DNA of 64,000 nucleotides from Bacteroidia bacterium (GCA_035906255.1 JAMIFM010000020.1:3917-67916), one strand, 5' to 3'; positions 9,123 to 17,622 are shown, counted from the stretch's first letter. Notes: generated by a model from the sequence alone, not told the origin. Numbers and translations: made by a program.

Positions 9123-10784
9123 ATGAAAAAATCACTCACCGTCATCACATTACTTGTTGCGTTATGCAATTGGGCAAATGCGCAAGTATCGCAGAAGTCT
9201 GACTATGTGAGTAATGAGTTGTTTGTTCGTTTAGCAAATGGGATTGTGCAAGATGCGGTACAATATATTCCCAACCCAAACCACCCTCAAACGGGAAAAT
9301 CAGTATGGGAATTGATTAAATCATACGGGGGCGAGAAAATGGCAAATCCTTTCCCTGCCTCGATTGAAAGCACCAAAGGGCTCTACAGAGTAACACTAAA
9401 AGCAGGTTCAGATATTGACGGACTTATCAATGCGCTGAATGCCCATGATGAAGTGGAACATGCTGAAAAAATACCCGTAGCTTTTATACAATACGTGCCC
9501 GCCGATTATGATGAAAGTAAACAATGGTATTTTAAAACCATCAAAATGTCGTGGACGGGTTTTCAACGTACAGGTTTTGAAATAGATATTGCTGTAATTG
9601 ATGATGGCGTAAGACATACCCACGAAGACCTATGGTCGAAACTGACACTTTCTGACGAGGACAAACGGTTTAATGCTGTAGCTGCAACAGGAAGAGACGA
9701 TGACAACAACGGTTATGTTGACGACTTGTATGGATGGGATGTGGCTGATAACGACAACAACCCTATGCCACCCGCTCGTCCGTCAGGGCCTGACGGCGAC
9801 CGATTACCAAAATCATTTGGCAATCACGGCACCCATATTGCCGGTATTTTAGGTGCTGCCGACAACAATATTGGTATTACATCGCTGGGTATAAACAATA
9901 GGATACTTTGTGTTAAGGCTGTTAGGGATGCTGATGCAATACAAAACCCTTTTAACCTTACCCATTATATCGAAGGTATTTATTATGCCATTGCAAAAGG
10001 TGTTGATATTATAAACTGTTCATGGGGCACCAATGTACGCAGCGAAGAACTTGCAGCAGCTATTAACGAAGCCCGCAAAAACAATATAATTGTTGTGGCT
10101 GCCGCAGGAAACTACGGTACCGATAACCCCAACTACACCATCGATGATTTTTATCCCGCTGCATTTGACGGTGTTATTGCGGTAGGAGCAACTGACCAAA
10201 ACGACAAAAAGTACAAAACATCAAGTTTTGGTAATTACGTAGATGTAATGGCACCCGGCCATAATATTTACAGCACTATTGCTACAAGTGATAACGCGTA
10301 TGATAATATGACGGGGACTTCGATGGCTGCTCCCATTGTATCAAGCCTGATAGGCCTGTTACTTTCACAAAACCCTAACTGGAAACCATACATTGAGAGG
10401 ATATTAAAAGAAACCTGCGATAATATTTCAGCCCAAAACCCCAACTTTGAAGGTCGCTTGGGTGCAGGTCGCATCAATGTTGATAAGAGTATCAACTACT
10501 CAGGTGATTTAACATCAGTTTCATCAATAAGTCCCGAAGGCGATTTTACAGTGTATCCCAACCCTGCTAATACTTCTATCACACTTCCGTTCGAATCCTT
10601 GTCAAATAACGGCGAGGCTCTTCAAGTTTCAGTATTCAATATTTCAGGGGTATTAGTTGCACAACAAACCATTGCCCAAAGTAACCAGCTTATCAACGTT
10701 TCAGAACTTACTCAAGGTATTTACAACATTTCTGTAACCAACGGAACTGCCTACTATCAAACCCGTTTGTTGGTAAACCGTTAA
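9123..10784 (+). CDS. Subtilisin-like S8 serine peptidase with T9SS C-terminal sorting domain
   Basis: Start set at MKKSLTVITLLVALCNWANAQ (signal peptide) rather than the upstream TTG of the ORF track. Catalytic triad motifs IAVIDDGV (Asp), HGTHIAGIL (His) and GTSMAAPIVSS (Ser). The C-terminal ~80 aa (VYPNPANTSITL...YYQTRLLVNR) match the Por secretion CTD pattern. Confidence 0.9.
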   Translation: MKKSLTVITLLVALCNWANAQVSQKSDYVSNELFVRLANGIVQDAVQYIPNPNHPQTGKSVWELIKSYGGEKMANPFPASIESTKGLYRVTLKAGSDIDGLINALNAHDEVEHAEKIPVAFIQYVPADYDESKQWYFKTIKMSWTGFQRTGFEIDIAVIDDGVRHTHEDLWSKLTLSDEDKRFNAVAATGRDDDNNGYVDDLYGWDVADNDNNPMPPARPSGPDGDRLPKSFGNHGTHIAGILGAADNNIGITSLGINNRILCVKAVRDADAIQNPFNLTHYIEGIYYAIAKGVDIINCSWGTNVRSEELAAAINEARKNNIIVVAAAGNYGTDNPNYTIDDFYPAAFDGVIAVGATDQNDKKYKTSSFGNYVDVMAPGHNIYSTIATSDNAYDNMTGTSMAAPIVSSLIGLLLSQNPNWKPYIERILKETCDNISAQNPNFEGRLGAGRINVDKSINYSGDLTSVSSISPEGDFTVYPNPANTSITLPFESLSNNGEALQVSVFNISGVLVAQQTIAQSNQLINVSELTQGIYNISVTNGTAYYQTRLLVNR

Positions 10785-10870
10785 TTCTGTCGGTAATTTT
10801 CTCCCTCGGTCGTATTCAAACTTTTCACCATTCTTTTGGATTTAACTTTATGCCCGCATAAATTTCGGAC

Positions 10871-12040
10871 ATGAAAAAATCAGTATTTACCTCATTAATG
10901 CTTGCCTTAGCCACGTTTGCCTCAGCGCAAACCGTTACTAACAAAGAAGGCAGCAATTATAAATTTACCGTAGTTAAAGATATTGAAGCTACTTGGGTAG
11001 GTAACCAAAACCGCTCAAGCACCTGCTGGAGCTACTCGTCGCTATCATTTTTTGAAAGCGAGTTGATGCGTATGGGCAAAGGGGGAGTAAAGTTGGCTCC
11101 AATGTATGTTGCACGCAAAGCCTACGCGGATAAAGTGGCAAAATATGTACGTATGCACGGCTCAATAAATCTTGGCCCCGGAGGAGCTTTCCACGATGCT
11201 GTATATGTTTGGAAAAACTATGGTGTTGTGCCGCTTGGCGCAGATAAAAGTGCTGCTGCCACAGGCGATTCAATTCCCGTTCACGGCGAGTTGGATGCAA
11301 TGATGAAGGCAATGGCTGATGTGGTAATACAAGCCAAAAACAATAAAAAACCCAGCAACGTATGGCAAGATGCTATAAACGGTGCACTGGATGCTTATTT
11401 TGGTGCCGAACCTACCGAGTTTACTTATAATGGTAAAAAATACACCCCAAAAACATTTGCTGAATCACTGGGAATAAACATGGACGATTATGTGGCCATT
11501 ACCTCATTTAACCACCACCCTTTTTATAGCCAGTTTGCACTTGAAGTACCCGACAATTGGATGTGGGGCAATTTCTATAACATTCCGGTTGACGATATGA
11601 AACAAGTGCTTGATAACGCCCTTACCAACGGATATGGTGTTGCATGGGCTGCCGACGTAAGTGAAAAAGGTTTTAGCTGGAAGAACGGGATAGCTGTTGT
11701 TCCTGCGGATGCGGAATGGGCACAAAAGCCTGCTGCGGAAATGGAAAAAGCATTTACTGAACCTGTTGCACAACTAACAATTACTGACAGCCTACGCCGT
11801 ACAGCTTTTGATAACTATGAAACTGAAGACGACCACGGTATGCACCTTACCGGTATTTTGAAAGACCAAAACGGCAATGTGTATTATAAAGTTAAAAACT
11901 CATGGGGCACTAAAACAAATGATTGCGGCGGCTTTATGTATGCCTCGCAACAATACGTGTTGTATAAAACCACCAACATCTTGGTGCATAAAAATGCTAT
12001 CCCCGATGCGATAGCTAAAAAGATGGGCATTAAGAAGTAA
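10871..12040 (+). CDS. Papain-family (C1) cysteine peptidase, aminopeptidase C/bleomycin hydrolase-like, secreted
   Basis: Signal peptide. Active-site Cys context QNRSSTCWSYSS (Q...CW) and C-terminal His/Asn region, consistent with C1 family. Confidence 0.75.
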   Translation: MKKSVFTSLMLALATFASAQTVTNKEGSNYKFTVVKDIEATWVGNQNRSSTCWSYSSLSFFESELMRMGKGGVKLAPMYVARKAYADKVAKYVRMHGSINLGPGGAFHDAVYVWKNYGVVPLGADKSAAATGDSIPVHGELDAMMKAMADVVIQAKNNKKPSNVWQDAINGALDAYFGAEPTEFTYNGKKYTPKTFAESLGINMDDYVAITSFNHHPFYSQFALEVPDNWMWGNFYNIPVDDMKQVLDNALTNGYGVAWAADVSEKGFSWKNGIAVVPADAEWAQKPAAEMEKAFTEPVAQLTITDSLRRTAFDNYETEDDHGMHLTGILKDQNGNVYYKVKNSWGTKTNDCGGFMYASQQYVLYKTTNILVHKNAIPDAIAKKMGIKK

Positions 12041-12063
12041 GCCTCTGCTATAGGCACTTTGTA

Positions 12064-12110
12064 AAAAATAGTTTTTAAATGCAACAAAGTTGCATTTAAA
12101 AACTATTTTT
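12064..12110. promoter_or_regulatory. 47-bp perfect palindrome (22-3-22) with core TGCAACAAAGTTGCA; candidate operator and/or bidirectional terminator
   Basis: aaaaatagtttttaaatgcaac-aaa-gttgcatttaaaaactattttt: the reverse complement of the right arm equals the left arm exactly. Its right end overlaps a TATTTTTG -7 box (12104-12111) 5 nt before the ATG at 12116. Confidence 0.6.
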
Positions 12111-12115
12111 GCATT

Positions 12116-13138
12116 ATGAACACGTTTGCAAGCACTCGCCGCGATTTTTTTAAGCGCAGCTTTTGGCTGGCAGCAGGCAGTTTTATAAGCACTAAACTCT
12201 TCACCCAAACAAAGTACTTTAACCCTATGAATCCCTCTCCTACTTATGATGTTATTATTATTGGCGGCAGTTATGCAGGTCTTTCAGCAGCTATGGCACT
12301 CGGCCGCTCGTTAAGACGCGTTTTAATTATAGATAGCGGTAAACCATGCAATCAACAAACTCCACACTCGCATAATTTTATCACCCACGACGGTGATACA
12401 CCGGCCGAAATTTCGGCACTTGCACTTGAACAAGTACTTGCTTATAACACCGTAGTGTTAAAAAAAGGGTTGGCTTTAAGTGCTACCCCTCTTGAAAGCA
12501 ATGGGTTTGAGGTTTCGCTTACCAACGGAGAAGCTTATACCGCCAAAAAATTAGTTTTTGCCACAGGTATGCACGATGAAATGCCTGCTATAAAAGGCTT
12601 TGCTGAATGTTGGGGTATATCCGTACTGCATTGCCCGTATTGCCACGGTTATGAGGTGAAAGGTGTTGAAACAGGAATATTTGCTAACGGGGACATGGCT
12701 TATGAATTTGCCAAATTAATCAGCAACTGGACAGATAAATTAACGGTATTTACCAATGGTGCATCAACACTAAAAGCCGAACAAATTGCCAACTTGAAAA
12801 CCAAAGGAATTGTATTGGTAACAAAAGAACTCGCGGAGATTGAACATGAAAACGGGAAAGTTCGCTCGTTACAATTTACCGACGGGAGCAAACAAACCAT
12901 TAATGCCATATATGCGCGCCCTGCCATGAAACAGCATTGCCTTATCCCTAAGCAACTGGGTTGTGAACTAACGGAACAAGGGCTATTAAAGGTAGATGGC
13001 TTTCAAAAAACCTCTGTGAAAGGAGTATATGCCGCTGGAGATAGCACAAGTCCGTTAAGATCAGTTGCTGCGGCCGTAGCAAGTGGAAATTTTGCAGGGG
13101 CGGCACTCAATAAAGAAATGATTGAAGAGGGTTTCTAA
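12116..13138 (+). CDS. Tat-signal-bearing FAD/NAD(P)-dependent oxidoreductase, thioredoxin-reductase-like
   Basis: N-terminal twin-arginine motif (STRRDFFKRSFWLAAG). FAD-binding GxGxxG (VIIIGGSYAGLSAAMA), redox-active CxxC (CPYCHGYE) and second dinucleotide fold (VYAAGD). Confidence 0.75.
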   Translation: MNTFASTRRDFFKRSFWLAAGSFISTKLFTQTKYFNPMNPSPTYDVIIIGGSYAGLSAAMALGRSLRRVLIIDSGKPCNQQTPHSHNFITHDGDTPAEISALALEQVLAYNTVVLKKGLALSATPLESNGFEVSLTNGEAYTAKKLVFATGMHDEMPAIKGFAECWGISVLHCPYCHGYEVKGVETGIFANGDMAYEFAKLISNWTDKLTVFTNGASTLKAEQIANLKTKGIVLVTKELAEIEHENGKVRSLQFTDGSKQTINAIYARPAMKQHCLIPKQLGCELTEQGLLKVDGFQKTSVKGVYAAGDSTSPLRSVAAAVASGNFAGAALNKEMIEEGF

Positions 13139-13142
13139 ACGA

Positions 13143-15512
13143 CTACTTATCTAATATTGGCACTATCACAGTAACAACAAAGTTGCGTCCAGGTTCAGGC
13201 AAATTAAGATACCGCCAACGGCTAAGATGATTAAGGTAGCGCACATCGCCAAGGTTTTGTATTTGCGCCGATACTTTTAGCCGTTGTTTACTTTTATACG
13301 CTACGTCAAACCCTACTCCCAAATTCACTAAACTATAGGCAGGAGTGTGCAACTCGTTTCTATCTGTCCGGTTTTGAGCAAAAGTGTAATTATAGCCTAC
13401 CCTGATAAATATATTCTTAAAGTTTTTTCCAAGCTTTTCAAACTCCCACTCCACCTCAGGTTTAACCGATGGTGGCGGAGTAAAGGGTAAGGGTAATTCT
13501 TCTTTAATATTGTAAGTATATACCATATCCGCAGTAACAGAAAGGTGCAAGGTTTTAACAGGGTGAAACTCCACCGTAACCTCACCGCCGGTATAAATTG
13601 CTTCTGTTTGAGAGAAACGATACACTTGGCCGCCTTCAGGCAAAGTAGAAAACTCTGCCGTTGGTCGTAAATAGATGTAATTACTGAAATAATTAAAAAA
13701 CGGAGTAATACTAAATAAAAACTTCTCCTTCTCAACAGAAATCCCCAAATCAGTTTGATAACCGGCTTCAGGCATCAGGCTTGAATCGCCCATTTCGTGC
13801 CGAAAACTACCGTGGTGTATCCCGTTCACACTTAACTCCTGCGGGGTAGGCATACGGAACGATTTACCAAAATTAAACTTAAAACTCAAGTGTTTTCGGG
13901 GGTTATAGGCAGCACCTACACTCCCGCTCCAACTGTAAAAATCACGGTGGATGTTGGGGGCACGTTGGGTGTAACCAATAATAGTATCGGCATTTTGCCA
14001 AACGGGTTGCAAGTGACGCTTTATATCAACGTTTCCATAATCAAATCTAAGCCCGCCGTTTAGCACTACTTCTTTATTTACCCGCCACTTTTCAATAGCA
14101 AACCCGCCGATAGAAAATTGGTTAAAGTTAGGTAGTAAAAACTCGTACCCCGCAAAACGGTTTTGCTGGTAACTGCTGTTAACACCGTACACCCCGTCAA
14201 ATATTTTTAAGGTGATAGCATGGTAACGCAAATTGGCGGTAAACGTTTGTAGTTTCAGTCTATGGGCAAGGCTCCCTTGCACTATAGGCCCTACCCCATG
14301 ATTGTGCGGGTTAGAGTTTTCATCGCGTAGGTTGTATTGATAGCCCAAATCGGCTTCTAACCACGAACGCCCCAAACGGATATTACTGTTTGAGATTACC
14401 TTAAAGTGGTTGATTTGCTGGTTGGGTAAGGCAATGTTACGGCTGTTCCCGTCAGGAGTAAGCTGGTAGGAGCGCGGAATACCCAATGCCCCGCTAAACA
14501 CGCCGATTTGTTGGTGATAATTGCTCACGGTAAGATGGCTATAACCCCAGTTTCGGTTAATACCTGCCATTAAAGCTGCATGCCGTTCAGTACCTGCGGT
14601 ATTCTTTAACGTATTATTATAAATGGGCAAGCGATAACGATTGTATGTAAAGCTATCGGCAGGTACTTTGTAATCACCATAATCCAATGCAGTTAGCCTT
14701 GCACGATACACAAACCCCTTGTGGTTTCCTTGCGCATACCCCGACACTCCATACGTTTGGTTGATACTTTTATAATTGGTAAGAACTCCGGCACTGTGTT
14801 TCCCTTCAAGCGGGCTTACAGGATGTTTTAGATGAATAACCCCGCCCACTGCATCCGAACCGTAAATTAATGATGCAGGACCTTTAAGTATTTCAATCTG
14901 GTCAATACTGAATTGGTCAATCTCTAATCCATGATCTGCCCCCCATTGTTGGCCTTCTTGTTTCACCCCGTTATCAGCCACCGCCACACGGTTAAAGGCC
15001 ATGCCCCGTATCACAGGCTTTGCAACGCCTACCCCCATATTAATACTGTTAATCCCGGGTAAATTATCCAACGAGTTCATTAGGGTTGTCCCCATGTTCT
15101 TTTGCAGGTAGCCATCATCCACCGTCACCAAATCAACGCTGCTTTCTTTTTTCGATAGTTTAAGCGCATTACTTTCTACCACCACCTCGTTTACCTCTAA
15201 GCTGCTGGGTGCTAATTTAAAAATGAGCGGTAACGGCAGACCGTCACCTACCTCAATATCTTCTTCAATAGTTTTATAACCTACCAAGCGCACGTGCAAA
15301 TGGTAGCGCCCGCGCTTAACATTTATAATAGTAAAATTTCCGTTGGTGTCCGTACTAACCCCTTGCAAAGTCTCGTGCAGGTACACCGACGCTCCAAAAG
15401 CAGGATTGCCGGTTTCATCAACAACCTTACCGTTTATTGAATACGTTTGAGCGGTTGCAGCCCAGCCAATCAGGGCAAAAAGAAAAGCCAGAATATTTTT
15501 TGTTGTTGCCAA
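13143..15512 (-). CDS. TonB-dependent outer-membrane receptor with N-terminal carboxypeptidase-regulatory-like domain
   Basis: 789 aa. Signal peptide, CarboxypepD_reg-like domain (INGKVVDETGNPAFGASVYL), plug domain and C-terminal beta-barrel. Start is TTG in the ORF track, with an in-frame stop 3 codons upstream. Promoter carries a TGCAAT-ATT-GTTGCA palindrome. Confidence 0.9.
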   Translation of the reverse strand: MATTKNILAFLFALIGWAATAQTYSINGKVVDETGNPAFGASVYLHETLQGVSTDTNGNFTIINVKRGRYHLHVRLVGYKTIEEDIEVGDGLPLPLIFKLAPSSLEVNEVVVESNALKLSKKESSVDLVTVDDGYLQKNMGTTLMNSLDNLPGINSINMGVGVAKPVIRGMAFNRVAVADNGVKQEGQQWGADHGLEIDQFSIDQIEILKGPASLIYGSDAVGGVIHLKHPVSPLEGKHSAGVLTNYKSINQTYGVSGYAQGNHKGFVYRARLTALDYGDYKVPADSFTYNRYRLPIYNNTLKNTAGTERHAALMAGINRNWGYSHLTVSNYHQQIGVFSGALGIPRSYQLTPDGNSRNIALPNQQINHFKVISNSNIRLGRSWLEADLGYQYNLRDENSNPHNHGVGPIVQGSLAHRLKLQTFTANLRYHAITLKIFDGVYGVNSSYQQNRFAGYEFLLPNFNQFSIGGFAIEKWRVNKEVVLNGGLRFDYGNVDIKRHLQPVWQNADTIIGYTQRAPNIHRDFYSWSGSVGAAYNPRKHLSFKFNFGKSFRMPTPQELSVNGIHHGSFRHEMGDSSLMPEAGYQTDLGISVEKEKFLFSITPFFNYFSNYIYLRPTAEFSTLPEGGQVYRFSQTEAIYTGGEVTVEFHPVKTLHLSVTADMVYTYNIKEELPLPFTPPPSVKPEVEWEFEKLGKNFKNIFIRVGYNYTFAQNRTDRNELHTPAYSLVNLGVGFDVAYKSKQRLKVSAQIQNLGDVRYLNHLSRWRYLNLPEPGRNFVVTVIVPILDK

Positions 15513-15540
15513 TCTGAACTATAAGACGGCAAAAATACCT

Positions 15541-15565
15541 TAAATGCAATATTGTTGCAAAAATT
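15541..15565. promoter_or_regulatory. Candidate Zur-type operator (TGCAATATTGTTGCA) upstream of the TonB-dependent receptor
   Basis: Core at 15545-15559 matches the TGCAAC-N3-GTTGCA consensus at 11 of 12 positions. It lies 7 bp upstream of the minus-strand -7 box TATTTTTG (15530-15537). Confidence 0.5.
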
Positions 15566-15592
15566 ATTTCTCACCCAAGACCAAATACCCTA

Positions 15593-16141
15593 CTATCCGT
15601 TTACACGAATGTATTTAGCCGGTATGGTATCGGCCAGCCAAGTATTATCGTTACCGTGATAAAACTTGATTCCATAGGCGGCGGCGGAGGCAGCATCCAA
15701 TTGCAAAACAACAGGAGCTTTGTGCTTGCGCGAACCGACTATTTTAGCAAGTTGAACGGTATCGGAAAGGTGAACGTATTGACGAGACATAGGTTTTATT
15801 CCCTCTTGCAGTATTATTTGCGCTACTTCGGGCGAAGTACCGTGATACAACAAAGCAGGCGGCTGAACAGCCTCATAAGTTATTTGAGTATCTTGGGTTG
15901 AGTGTCCGTATAAAGCCCTTATACGTCCGTCGGCAATCTCAAACCGTTGCTTGCCCGATTGAGCATCCATTTGCTCTAAATCATGCGTGGTAATGGTTGC
16001 CCATATCGCATCCAAACGACCTAATCAGGCAATTAATTCCTCAACCGTTACCCACCCCTCGGCAGAAAGGGTCAACCCTAGTTTCTCAGGACTATGGCGC
16101 AACGCCATCGACACGGTTTTGCTAAGGTGTTTGTAATTCAT
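15593..16141 (-). pseudogene. kptA: RNA 2'-phosphotransferase (KptA/Tpt1 family) interrupted by an in-frame TGA
   Basis: ATG at 16141 gives MNYKHLSKTVSMALRHSPEKLGLTLSAEGWVTVEELIA, then TGA at 16025-16027, then the same frame continues LGRLDAIW...HGTSPEVAQIILQEGIKPMSRQYVHLS... to the stop at 15593. The combined length of about 182 aa and the motifs match Tpt1. The ORF track shows only the 140-aa downstream part, starting at a TTG. Confidence 0.7.
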
Positions 16142-16146
16142 AAATT

Positions 16147-16824
16147 CTATTTTATTGAAGCAAATACTTCTAAGTACCGCTCTATGTATTCGTTCATTTG
16201 TTTGCGCTTGTATTGCACAATAAAACGCGGGTGTGGCAGGGGTATTATTGTTTTGAAAAAACCAAATTCCGCATTCAGTTTTTGTAAATAGTTATAGTTT
16301 TTGCCTTCACCCCAACAAATGGCCACATCTGTACGAAAGCCAAATCCTATCTGTGTTTGCACATTTTTAACAATGGGTTGGCGGGTAGCTTCTAACAAAG
16401 CAGGGGTATCGTAGTAATTAATGTTTTTACCCTTATGGGTAAGTGCCATCGGATACAACGAGTTAATATAAAACTTGCTGTAAAAAGCTTCCGCACCACC
16501 ATAGGCTTGTATCATTTGATACACAAACACGCTGCTTATTTCCTGCTTTTTGGCAAAACTGTTAGGGATACCGCAGTCGGTTTCTAAACGGATTGGGTCG
16601 GTAAAAGGGATGCCCGTAACCCCGCCCCCAAACCTGCCGGGGTTAATGCCTAAAATAAACACTCGAGGACGACTATCGTTGTAGTATTTAGTATAAAAAG
16701 CCTCTGTAACCCTCCACGTCTCAGCATCCCCAAAGGGAAGCATCACCTCAATCCCTTCAGGTAAATCAGTGGGACGAAGTTGCCGATAAAATGAAAGAAC
16801 TTTGCTGCTTAGGGTATCGGGCAT
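16147..16824 (-). CDS. Uracil-DNA glycosylase superfamily protein (MUG/SMUG-like motifs)
   Basis: 225 aa. UDG motif 1 variant GINPGRFGG and motif 2 HPS variant (LPHPRF) near the C-terminus. ATG at 16824; the stop lies 6 bp before the kptA start. Confidence 0.6.
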   Translation of the reverse strand: MPDTLSSKVLSFYRQLRPTDLPEGIEVMLPFGDAETWRVTEAFYTKYYNDSRPRVFILGINPGRFGGGVTGIPFTDPIRLETDCGIPNSFAKKQEISSVFVYQMIQAYGGAEAFYSKFYINSLYPMALTHKGKNINYYDTPALLEATRQPIVKNVQTQIGFGFRTDVAICWGEGKNYNYLQKLNAEFGFFKTIIPLPHPRFIVQYKRKQMNEYIERYLEVFASIK

Positions 16825-16883
16825 TGTTACAAAATGAAAACAGGTTGAAATGAAGTTAATTGTTTTGCATCTCTATCTCGACC

Positions 16884-17197
16884 ACCCCTTGCCCCTCCTA
16901 ACAACAGGAGGGGAACCACCGCACAACCTCAAGTGCCAAATATACAGCGACAATTTTTAAAACTTGTAGTCTATCAATGGCCTTGCGGGAGGCTTCCCTC
17001 CTTACTAAGGAGGGACTGAGGGAGGTTCAAATAAACACCGATAAAACATTGTACGCCCTTACCCACAACAACAGGAAAGGAACCACCACACAAGCTCAAG
17101 TGCCAAATATGCAGCGACAATTTTTAAAACTTATTAGTCTATCAATGGCCTTGCGGGAGGCTTCCCTCCTTGCGTAAGGAGGGACTGAGGGAGGTTT
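16884..17197. repeat. Tandem direct repeat, two ~145-bp units at 169-bp period, each with conserved stem-loops
   Basis: Unit 1 spans 16884-17027 and unit 2 spans 17053-17197. The 3' ~95 bp of each unit are nearly identical (...agtgccaaatat(a/g)cagcgacaatttttaaaactt...ctatcaatggccttgcgggaggcttccctcctt(ac/gcg)taaggagggactgagggaggtt). Hairpins ccctccttactaaggaggg (16996-17014) and ccctccttgcgtaaggaggg (17165-17184) differ in the loop and keep the stem. Confidence 0.8.
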
Positions 17198-17241
17198 GTG
17201 AATACTCTCGGGAATAAATCCCGATGCTATGGATAAAAAAT

Positions 17242-17622
17242 CTACTTCACCGCTATTACGCTGATTTCAACGTTGGCATCTTTGGGCAACCGACTCACCT
17301 GTACGGTTTCGCGGGCAGGAAAATCCTTTTCAAAATACGTAGCGTAGGCTTGGTTAATGCGGGCAAACTGTCCCATATCAGTAATAAATATACTGGTTTT
17401 AACAACGTTGCTGTAATCCATCCCTGCGGCCTTTAACACAGCACTCACGTTTTTCATCACTTGGTGGGTTTCGGCCTCAATACTGTCTTGCTCCATATCG
17501 CCTGTAGCAACATCAATGGCAATTTGGCCGCTGCAATACAGGGTATTGTTTACCAAAACAGCTTGGTTATAAGGGCCTATGGGTTGGGGTGCATCGGGAG
17601 TAATTATTATTTTCTTTTCCAT
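17242..17622 (-). CDS. RidA/YjgF family reactive-intermediate deaminase
   Basis: Core RidA fold motifs (APQPIGPYNQAV...SGQIA...ETVQVSRLPKDANVEISVIA). Start set at MEKKIIIT (17622). The ORF track extends to 17724, adding a possible lipoprotein signal peptide (LLHLFSC) but overlapping the divergent gene at 17664. Confidence 0.75.
   Translation of the reverse strand: MEKKIIITPDAPQPIGPYNQAVLVNNTLYCSGQIAIDVATGDMEQDSIEAETHQVMKNVSAVLKAAGMDYSNVVKTSIFITDMGQFARINQAYATYFEKDFPARETVQVSRLPKDANVEISVIAVK

Noticed and set aside
16977-17177. 66-aa ORF (MALREASLL...MALREASLLA) inside the tandem repeat
   Set aside because: The internal protein repeat is a translation artefact of the 169-bp DNA tandem repeat. 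There is no promoter or coding signal, so the region is treated as a non-coding structured repeat.
16884-17197. Possibility that the tandem repeats are a CRISPR array
   Set aside because: The units are ~145 bp with a 25-bp spacer, far from the CRISPR geometry of 28-48-bp repeats with similar-size spacers. There are only two units and no cas genes nearby.
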